Part shown: piece by piece, positions 19,701 through 25,014 of the stretch | How positions within the stretch are numbered: the stretch's first letter is position 1 | How the letters are laid out: every line of letters begins with the position of its first letter | NCBI GenBank assembly: GCA_045616945.1 | Contig: JAZLHR010000127.1 | Location: 1 to 62,801 of the forward strand | Direction: 5' to 3' | From: Lachnospiraceae bacterium | GTDB lineage: Bacteria; Bacillota; Clostridia; Lachnospirales; Lachnospiraceae | Length of the DNA: 62,801 nt | Program-made: the position numbers and the translations under genes | Notes under the pieces: model-generated | What the model was told of the DNA's origin: nothing | Database searches by the model: none | The model's input: only the letters and a program-made list of their open reading frames with translations

Positions 19701-20293
19701 CGCTGGGAGCTCCCGCATATATGCTGGAACGGCTGCGTGATCAGAGCGATTACTATACCGCTTTTGTACTTCCGACGGCTCCCGGCAGCCTGTACGGCAG
19801 AGAATGCTGGTGCTGGCTCGAGATCGACACTTATTCCATGAAAACGGTCTCGGTTTTCGATACCGGTGAACGCAGCATGGCTTCCTACATCATCGGTCTT
19901 ACACCGAAGAATGCGGTCGAATTCACGGCCGGCGCGCTGATCGGCCTCGCCTGCTCGAATTTCAGTGTGGCTTCCTACGCTCTTACGACGGATGATACCG
20001 AGGAGATCATGTATAACGCCGCATTGCTGACTGCCTATACGCTTTGCTGCCTCAAGGGCTTCAAGTCTCTGCAGGATGATCTTGTCAAAGCCGTGACGGA
20101 TCCGCTCGGCAGTATTATGGGACAGATCTCCGATGCCGCGAAGAGCCAGGCCAATGATGCCTTCAAGAATAAGACCGGCATAGATATCATGGCAGCTTAT
20201 GACGCCATCAAGGAGGCCGGAGAGGGCAAGGAGCCGAACTTCATCAGCGGTTTTGAAGAGGTGATGAATATGTATTTCGGCTTAAACAAATAA
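13769..20293 (+). CDS. giant (2174-aa) predicted surface lipoprotein with two tandem von Willebrand factor A (vWA/MIDAS) domains; the remainder is uncharacterised
   Basis: Uninterrupted ORF. Signal peptide with lipobox LSLAAC. G/S/T/E/P-rich linker. GNYCFTVPAGYYSLQV (carboxypeptidase-regulatory-like beta-sandwich pattern). Two DxSGS MIDAS motifs. Two DUF4352-like beta-sandwich-looking segments. Long C-terminal part with no family I can name. Confidence 0.85.
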   Translation: MNHTMLKKLVSLLLAVSMVLSLAACGGNTPGTSTENRNGSEAQDPSGSGSETRGTDIADPTEGSVPGTESSGSETDPSGNDPSVPAGDLELTGVKKRPADGIGVPGTDFDEIDASSIGEWEEGWENTGFTVEYLAEDGFTPISEHFWGKEYQVRIEDEKLTKNWLLYQAREKGAVLYETAADKFLAFLEEDPETGWWYLADLEEGASTLHKYRIHIAQPGAEHVIPFDREELWTDNDYYFYTKNKPGKQYSVTVNFSETWDSIRKGFDLFARADYRFGGLSLEYDRPAENNNFNLMMEEYGISYTISPRAGQTVTYDGFLPFGEWTCWYVDRSNMEGETGCTVTLRVDEAADLTPIRSGEQLGMVKLIGTGGSCGAALSMPNGLSTYLPDWEYSLLYEPFPDNAGNYCFTVPAGYYSLQVGSDALGESNLRLMNVPVSSGRITEVVLGAESQTLLSDMMEENASTEKPVGTIGLNSVDYSDPKKTKITVTVFDPEDRTVLPQPEDFTVTENGVPGKVLEITQRTAAANIVLCIDTSGSMKNSMKDVIASATRFVQNLPDDASITILEYKQQIIEHPGTDKASAVAALKGMTATGDTSMYDALAWGLNYLEGKKNAFAVLFTDGIDSRDNPTDPAPGSSISKQELLNRVEMSEVTVFAIGFGQNHDAGAMQEIAGIRGEYFPATDAKALDRVFAEVTTKFGNSIDVVYERPTVTADTAGDTPVVTLMLDISGSMNKLPETGDDCDIRMNRVRTLFHDFFTDLPAGSLMQLGTFADASIIDVCTMMRQILTDDKASLLAALSEAQALGGTPTLEALRMGYSSLRGVSSSKRVLIFFTDAGLEVEEDKNSEFEETLAQFKEAGIRVLFAGLGTEDYAVRYDGLFQHAAELAGGDYIIESSVEQVQTKLDEVLASIDKPGEVKEDVSLSIALDTMTDQGSRMTYAMTRSVEGMKLLTKQGKAVEPGRIILRDGGAYVTYSPDTAALLYGGDDRNETLIDQHISFAEAAVSNDFADMTVRDAYFMSSFKGISHDFLALNLTLTFHKKNPSAKETGYQIPNIFNHFYVSVNNGRMMPASEATWLAETPLAVPGECMLQVNELYNEKHEPLELGESVSGVLVFAIDSLGKCEQLSLHMYDTSYGHLQCALVGKMPQNLLEMTALPTAEPEKLSDAFSISLTGRTDTDNLQGAELPREDDENKKVGFRVVEAQFDSRVQALLDIDPLQRFYYKLPSNSGDLLIPMDPIVGNLPLGFTGATKLAPGSSQNVRLPYAIPVKMSENEASVWADLQSGSCEMNVQKGSPYSSKSEGLRFEHEYFTLIINEFAYTSEDRREAALDFTVIDKKDGEGTAGFDTALYLFREVEGLETGGNNGSTIMMGVSAKGLGNFGDLSDVLEPVGVLMADLGATRELIFGASAEDRDWGAYDGMSRRGILIFSVNDDARKDDWRLSCELLPELSLAISDSLFSDTALLARKPYVSVDTSFREMLMKKVDAAVAAYRATHPSSDVSESVGLTDDEIIGRHVETPYLTVYGTQQIEAVKTEEDFKALMNSLTWLPCGRSECSIFAPEAVVTQGFGSDGDFYYLTKALLGRLGYASSLRIFRINETGWENLQRWGGFVSYEKPEYLYALAYTDAKGNPHIYVPALRHEADELYGLGTVAPAYVGEPAIRNVRVTVTASGKLTESAAMAQQMLAMMDIGSILGGGEGGAGYYETVKLLEAEISLHDLSRNPVDLSFVSLGKDDDGVHDKITAVLDTPAGLFYDGAMWASSASYDFDRIDVSLESSFFTNDMAKHTYILQEGDSLLDIFKSISVNMPEMTEQAAAAYEAAVRENAKAAETLDTDYGTGRWITHAALARMAYTLTGTAAEIRETLGLAPCVDGLLAACATLKSDGKDAIGSFDLIDISRGLLLTEKTEQEGGSLEELRKSFNQAFSMRACTAEGSVYPTEGACYVDVWASMPESSGFVNVDTDSDEKERAAAYFESLGAPAYMLERLRDQSDYYTAFVLPTAPGSLYGRECWCWLEIDTYSMKTVSVFDTGERSMASYIIGLTPKNAVEFTAGALIGLACSNFSVASYALTTDDTEEIMYNAALLTAYTLCCLKGFKSLQDDLVKAVTDPLGSIMGQISDAAKSQANDAFKNKTGIDIMAAYDAIKEAGEGKEPNFISGFEEVMNMYFGLNK
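15350..15885 (+). other. vWA domain 1 of the giant protein (approximate borders)
   Basis: IVLCIDTSGSM (Asp codon at 15368-15370), downstream MTATGDTSMYDAL and AVLFTDGIDS. This is the canonical DxSxS...T...D MIDAS layout. Confidence 0.75.
15932..16470 (+). other. vWA domain 2 of the giant protein (approximate borders)
   Basis: VVTLMLDISGSM (Asp codon at 15950-15952), ALGGTPTLEAL, VLIFFTDAG. Confidence 0.7.
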
Positions 20294-20346
20294 GAACCTG
20301 ATAAAGCAGACTGCCTTCGGGACAGTTTGCGAAGCAGAAAAAGTCA

Positions 20347-20383
20347 GAGCCGCAGGTGACGGATCAGCCGAAACCTGCGGCTC
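20347..20383 (+). terminator. hairpin terminator after the giant gene
   Basis: GAGCCGCAGGT (20347-20357) pairs with ACCTGCGGCTC (20373-20383). The T tail is weak. Confidence 0.55.
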
Positions 20384-20470
20384 CGCTTATTGAAAATTAT
20401 TGCGGGGCCGGATTCTCCGCTGCCTTGCGGCTCCTTAAACCGGCCGCACCGCTGTTATAGCAGCCGAAAC

Positions 20471-20512
20471 AAGCAGCTCCCGGATCTCAGAACTGAAATC
20501 CGGGAGCTGCTT
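20471..20512. terminator. 15-bp perfect hairpin between the convergent giant gene and hup (possible bidirectional terminator)
   Basis: AAGCAGCTCCCGGAT (20471-20485) pairs with ATCCGGGAGCTGCTT (20498-20512). No strong U-run on either side. Confidence 0.55.
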
Positions 20513-20559
20513 GTTAAGAAAGTAAATTTACAGCCGATTCGGCAAAATCGTCATCACAA

Positions 20560-20856
20560 TCAATCCTTTTGTCCAAAGCGGGCAGCAGTCAGTTCCTTTT
20601 TCAGAACTGCAGATGCCTTGAAAGTGGCGGAGTAGCTGACTTCCGTGCGGCAAGTCTCACCCGTGCGGGGATTGCGGCCCAAACGGGGGGCTCTCTTGCG
20701 GGATTCAAAGCAGCCGAAGCCGCTGATCTGCACGTCTTCATCCTTGGAAAGCTCATCGGAAATAATTCCGGTCAGGGAGTCCAGAAAAGCAGAAGCCTGC
20801 TTGATCGTGATGTTGTTGGCATCAGCCAGTTTCTTTACTAAATCTTTTTTATTCAC
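20560..20856 (-). CDS. hup: HU family DNA-binding protein
   Basis: 98 aa. MNKKDLVKKLA...GFGCFESRKRAPRLGRNPRTGE arm motif. AAGGAGG RBS. Confidence 0.9.
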   Translation of the reverse strand: MNKKDLVKKLADANNITIKQASAFLDSLTGIISDELSKDEDVQISGFGCFESRKRAPRLGRNPRTGETCRTEVSYSATFKASAVLKKELTAARFGQKD

Positions 20857-20885
20857 TTTTATTCCTCCTTTGCCGAAGTGGGTGT

Positions 20886-20913
20886 ATTATAACACAAATG
20901 AGTAAAAATGCAA
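20886..20913 (-). promoter_or_regulatory. putative sigma-A promoter of hup
   Basis: On the minus strand: TTGCAT (20913-20908), 16-nt spacer, TATAAT (20891-20886). Confidence 0.55.
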
Positions 20914-20990
20914 TAGAATCAAACGATAATTTATGCAGAATTTTTAAGATTTTGAATATATACGTTCTGCGAAAATCCGTTGATTTTATG

Positions 20991-21019
20991 TTGACAAAGC
21001 AAATGATAAGTGATAGAAT
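20991..21019 (+). promoter_or_regulatory. sigma-A promoter of the T-box/trpB2 unit
   Basis: TTGACA (20991-20996), 17-nt spacer, TAGAAT (21014-21019). Confidence 0.75.
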
Positions 21020-21040
21020 CCGCTCTAAACCGTTGAGGAA

Positions 21041-21281
21041 GTGTGAGTAGGTCTGCTTTCGATGGCACAGAGAACCGCGGACGGTGAGAGCGCGGTACGG
21101 ACGAGCAGGCTGAATGGGCTTCGGAGGGCGAGCTGAACTGAGTAGGCGAGTCGGAGTCGGCGCTCCGTTATCAAGTGTCAGCATGTTATCGCATGTAAGA
21201 GAGGGTGCTGTATGCACCAAGCCGGGTGGCACCGCAGGTTATCCTGTCCCAGCAACGCTGTTGTTGCGCGGGGCTTTTTTT
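21041..21281 (+). promoter_or_regulatory. T-box riboswitch leader, probable Trp (UGG) specifier
   Basis: Stem I elements: GAGGAAGUGUGAGUAG, distal CAGAGAA...GGUGAGAG. Specifier context GAA-UGG-G-CUUC (UGG at 21115-21117), analogous to the glyQS GAA-GGC-A-CUUC. T-box sequence GGGUGGCACCGC at 21224-21235. GC-rich imperfect hairpin, then a T7 run at 21275-21281. Confidence 0.7.
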
Positions 21282-21381
21282 ATTGCCGCAGCTGACTGCG
21301 GCCGAAAGCTCCCGCGGTATTTCCGGGACCTTGGAGAGGGTCTGAAAAAACTACTACATCATCCGAAAAAGGAGAAAAAAC

Positions 21382-22692
21382 ATGTATTCGGAAATTCCTT
21401 ACAAAATCTATCTGACTGAGGATGAACTGCCGAAGGCCTGGTACAATATGCGTGCCGATATGAAAAACAAACCCGCCCCCTTATTGAATACGGAAACGGG
21501 AAAGCCTTCCACCTATGAAGAACTGTGCAAAGTGTTCTGCGCGGAACTGGCCCGTCAGGAGCTGGATGATACGACCGCCTATATCCCCATCCCCGAAGAT
21601 ATCCGCAATTTCTATAAAATGTACCGTCCCGCGCCGCTCACCCGCGCATACTGCCTGGAAAAGAAACTCGGCACACCGGCTAAGATCTATTATAAATTCG
21701 AAGGAAACAATACCTCCGGCTCTCATAAATTGAATTCCGCCATCGCGCAGGCCTTTTATGCGAAAAACCAGGGCCTGAAGGGGCTGACGACTGAGACCGG
21801 TGCCGGTCAGTGGGGCACGGCTCTTTCCATGGCCTGCAGCTATCTGGATCTGCTCTGCCATGTTTTCATGGTCAAGGTCAGCTATGAACAGAAGCCCTTC
21901 CGCCGTGAGGTCATGCGCACCTACGGCGCGGAAGTAACGCCTTCTCCTTCCGATACCACCGCCGTCGGCCGGAAGATCCTTGCCGAGTACCCCGGAACGC
22001 CCGGCTCGCTCGGCTGTGCGATCTCCGAAGCGGTAGAAGAGGCCTGCTCCCGCGAAGGCTTCCGTTATGTGCTGGGCAGTACGCTGAACTATGTCGGCAT
22101 GCATCAGTCGATCATCGGTCTGGAAGCTAAGCTGGCGATGGATAAATACGGGATCAAGCCGGATATCATCATCGGCTGCGCAGGCGGCGGCTCCAATCTG
22201 ATGGGCCTTATCGCGCCTTTCATGGGCGAGAAGCTCCGCGGCGAGGCCGACTATGAATTCCTGGCAGTGGAGCCCGAGGCCTGCCCCAGCTTTACAAGGG
22301 GTGAGTTCCGCTACGATTACTGCGACACCGGCAAGGTCTGCCCGATGGCGAAGATGTATACGCTCGGCTGCGATTATATGCCTCCTGCGATCCACAGCGG
22401 CGGTCTGCGCTACCACGGTATGAACCCGACGCTTTCCCAGCTGTATCATGACGGTTACATGAAGGCCCGGGCCGTCGGACAGAAGGATGTTTTCCGCGCC
22501 GCGACGGAATTTGCCCGTGTGGAAGGTATCCTGCCCGCTCCCGAAAGCAGCCACGCGATCAAGGCGGCGATGGATGAAGCCCTGAAATGCAAGGAAACCG
22601 GCGAGGAAAAAACGATCCTCTTCGGGCTGACCGGAACCGGTTATTTCGATATGATGTCCTATCAGAAGTATAACGACGGGCTCATGCAGTAA
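21382..22692 (+). CDS. TrpB-like PLP-dependent enzyme (tryptophan synthase beta, TrpB2 type)
   Basis: 436 aa. KIYYKFEGNNTSGSHKLNSAIAQAFYA, TETGAGQWGTALS, IIGCAGGGSN, GGLRYHG. Long N-terminal extension typical of TrpB2. No trpA neighbour. Confidence 0.85.
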   Translation: MYSEIPYKIYLTEDELPKAWYNMRADMKNKPAPLLNTETGKPSTYEELCKVFCAELARQELDDTTAYIPIPEDIRNFYKMYRPAPLTRAYCLEKKLGTPAKIYYKFEGNNTSGSHKLNSAIAQAFYAKNQGLKGLTTETGAGQWGTALSMACSYLDLLCHVFMVKVSYEQKPFRREVMRTYGAEVTPSPSDTTAVGRKILAEYPGTPGSLGCAISEAVEEACSREGFRYVLGSTLNYVGMHQSIIGLEAKLAMDKYGIKPDIIIGCAGGGSNLMGLIAPFMGEKLRGEADYEFLAVEPEACPSFTRGEFRYDYCDTGKVCPMAKMYTLGCDYMPPAIHSGGLRYHGMNPTLSQLYHDGYMKARAVGQKDVFRAATEFARVEGILPAPESSHAIKAAMDEALKCKETGEEKTILFGLTGTGYFDMMSYQKYNDGLMQ

Positions 22693-22738
22693 AACGCCGT
22701 AAAGTCCGGACGGGCCGGCGGCACAGAGATAATTCTTT

Positions 22739-22771
22739 AGGCGGAAGGGCATAATATCGTCCCTTCCGCCT
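22739..22771 (+). terminator. terminator after trpB2
   Basis: AGGCGGAAGGG (22739-22749) pairs with CCCTTCCGCCT (22761-22771). Confidence 0.65.
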
Positions 22772-22799
22772 TGACTTTTGTTGAAATATAATAGATAAT
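22771..22799 (+). promoter_or_regulatory. putative sigma-A promoter of the isomerase operon
   Basis: TTGACT (22771-22776), 17-nt spacer, GATAAT (22794-22799). The direct repeat CTGTGCA x2 just downstream (about 22806-22835) may be an operator. Confidence 0.6.
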
Positions 22800-22853
22800 G
22801 AATCTGCTGTGCACAGCGCGATCCTGTGCAAATTCTGTCTAAGGAGTATATCC

Positions 22854-24209
22854 ATGGAACGCAAAATCGGATTTGTTACATTTGGCGAGATCAATACCCC
22901 CTTTGAACGTCTTCAGCTGAAGCATGATGAGGCTCTTGCTCTGCTGACCGCAGAGGGTTATTCCATTTTAGATGCCGGAGTTGTCATCGACGATCCGGAG
23001 TATAAGTATGCGGATGCAGCGCTTGCAAAGCTGGCGGAAGGCAGCTTCGACAGCCTCGTCGTATGCGTAGCAGGCTGGGTACCCACCCATGCGGTCATCC
23101 GTGTTACGGATAAGTACAGACATCTCCCCATGCTCCTTTGGGGCATGTGCGGCTGGTTTGAAAACGGCCGTCTGATCACCACTGCCGATCAGGCCGGTAC
23201 CACGGCTATCCGTCCCGCCATGGAAGCCATGGGCTATGAGTTCAAGTATGTTTACAGCACCATCGGCAAGGGCGCTCCCATTGCGAAGATCAATGCTTTC
23301 CTGCGTGCCGCCGCCGCCCGCGCCGCTCTGCGCGATGCCAGAGTCGGTACCATGGGCTACCGCGATATGCTTCTGTACGGGACGCAGTTCGAGGGCAACA
23401 CCATGCGCGGCCAGATCGGCGTGGAGGTCGAACCCTTCGAAATGCTCGAAATGGTCCAGAATATCGAAAAGCTGGATCCCAAGGCTGTTGCCGAGGGCGT
23501 GGAATTCGTTAAAAAGAATTGGGTCTTCAAGAAGGCCTGCGATGACAGCGTGATCGAAAACGGTGTGAAATATGCGCTCGCGATCGTCATGAAGATCAAG
23601 GAACGGGGCTATGAAGCCATCAGCCTGATCGACGTTGACGGTATGAAGAAGCTGATGGGCTTCCCTCCCGCAATGGTATTTATGCTGCTGGAGCACTATA
23701 CCGACATCCTGACCATCCCTGAAAACGATGTGATGGGCGCCGTAACGCAGCTGATCATGAAATATATCACCGGTCAGACCGTTCCTTATCTGGAATACTA
23801 TGAATTCTTCGAGGACAGCATGCTGATCGGCGTGCCCGATTTCATCCCGAAGGCTGCTACCGACGGTGATGTGACCGTTCTGCCCGCCGCTTTCGGTCTG
23901 CTGAATGCTTCCCTGCTGAACGTATCCAAGGTGAAGACCGGCTTCGTGACCTGCGTACGTCTGGTATATACCGGCCGCCGCTATAAGATGCACATGTATA
24001 CCGCCGAAGCCAAGAGCCCGCTGCCCTGGAACGAATTCGGCTGGGACGATCCCGCTCCTCAGCTGCCCAGCCTGCAGGTATTCCCGACCAGCTGCACGGT
24101 AGAGCAGTTCGCTCAGAAGGTATCCTGCCAGCACGTGATCGTTGCATACGGCGATTATACCGAAGAAGTCAAAGATTTCTGCAAGATGATGCACATTGAG
24201 CTGATCTGA
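22854..24209 (+). CDS. L-fucose/L-arabinose isomerase family protein (substrate unknown)
   Basis: AAGGAG RBS and ATG at 22854. The N-terminal KIGFVTFG...SLVVCVAGWVP...LPMLLWG pattern and the C-terminal ...HVIVAYGDY... resemble FucI/AraA-like sugar isomerases (COG2407-like). Assigned from memory only. Confidence 0.6.
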   Translation: MERKIGFVTFGEINTPFERLQLKHDEALALLTAEGYSILDAGVVIDDPEYKYADAALAKLAEGSFDSLVVCVAGWVPTHAVIRVTDKYRHLPMLLWGMCGWFENGRLITTADQAGTTAIRPAMEAMGYEFKYVYSTIGKGAPIAKINAFLRAAAARAALRDARVGTMGYRDMLLYGTQFEGNTMRGQIGVEVEPFEMLEMVQNIEKLDPKAVAEGVEFVKKNWVFKKACDDSVIENGVKYALAIVMKIKERGYEAISLIDVDGMKKLMGFPPAMVFMLLEHYTDILTIPENDVMGAVTQLIMKYITGQTVPYLEYYEFFEDSMLIGVPDFIPKAATDGDVTVLPAAFGLLNASLLNVSKVKTGFVTCVRLVYTGRRYKMHMYTAEAKSPLPWNEFGWDDPAPQLPSLQVFPTSCTVEQFAQKVSCQHVIVAYGDYTEEVKDFCKMMHIELI

Positions 24210-24277
24210 CAGCTTTCCCGGGAGGTCCCTGCGGGCCTCCCTCTATCGTATCTATTCTCATAACGGAGGAAAATATT

Positions 24278-24985
24278 ATGTTTGCAGGCTGCACTATTAA
24301 AGCACCTTTCTTTGAAATCGGTCCCAAGAATTACCTGTACGGTGATGATGTTCTGGACCTGGCCCTGGCTGCGGATGCCGCTTCCGAAAAATACGGTGTC
24401 GATATCATCTTCACCACGCCCCTCACGGAGATCCGCCGCGTAAAGGAAGCCACCCGTTTTATTCATGTATTCGCCCCTCATATGGACAGTATCAAGCCCG
24501 GCAGAGGCCTGGCCGACATCCTGCCCGAGGCCGTTAAGGCGACCGGTGCGGAAGGCGTTATGCTGAATCACTGTGAAAAGCCCCTTTCTCTGGGTGCGCT
24601 CCGTGCCGCCATCCTGCGTGCCGATGAAGTCGGTCTTGCGACCATCGTCTGCGCCGACTCGATCGCAGAAGCCGGAGCGGTTGCCAAATTGAACCCGAAT
24701 ATCATCGTTCCCGAACCTTCCGAACTAATCGGTACGGGCAAAGCCAGCGATGCGGAATATGTTCAGGCATCGATCGAAGCCGTTAAGAGCGTGAATCCCG
24801 ACATCCTGGTACTGCAGGGCGCCGGCATCAAGTGCTATAACGACGTCTACCGCAATATTTTTGCCGGTGCGGAAGCAACCGGTTCTTCCAGCGGCATCGT
24901 AGCGCTGCCGACCAGAGAAGCTCGCAATGCGATGGTCGATGAAATGATTCGTGCCGTACGTGAGGCATGGGACGCAAGACACTGA
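24278..24985 (+). CDS. triose-phosphate-isomerase family protein, archaeal-type (TIM-like isomerase)
   Basis: 235 aa. IGPKNY (Lys), NHCEK (His) and EPSELIGTG (Glu) match the catalytic K/H/E positions of short archaeal-type TIMs. Confidence 0.7.
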   Translation: MFAGCTIKAPFFEIGPKNYLYGDDVLDLALAADAASEKYGVDIIFTTPLTEIRRVKEATRFIHVFAPHMDSIKPGRGLADILPEAVKATGAEGVMLNHCEKPLSLGALRAAILRADEVGLATIVCADSIAEAGAVAKLNPNIIVPEPSELIGTGKASDAEYVQASIEAVKSVNPDILVLQGAGIKCYNDVYRNIFAGAEATGSSSGIVALPTREARNAMVDEMIRAVREAWDARH

Positions 24986-25014
24986 ATCCGTTAAGCGGAG
25001 AGGGAGGAAACCCG

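Noticed and set aside
20390-20635. An 81-aa plus-strand ORF between the giant gene and hup.
   Set aside because: It spans two terminator hairpins, runs antisense into the hup 3' end, and has no RBS.
21135-21141. An alternative T-box specifier, GAA-CUG-A (Leu).
   Set aside because: The helix GUCUGCU/AGCAGGC closes immediately before GAA-UGG-G-CUUC, and the CUUC pairs with the 5' GAAG as in the glyQS leader. This places UGG, not CUG, in the specifier loop. The regulated gene is also TrpB-like. The question remains open until a covariance-model alignment is run.
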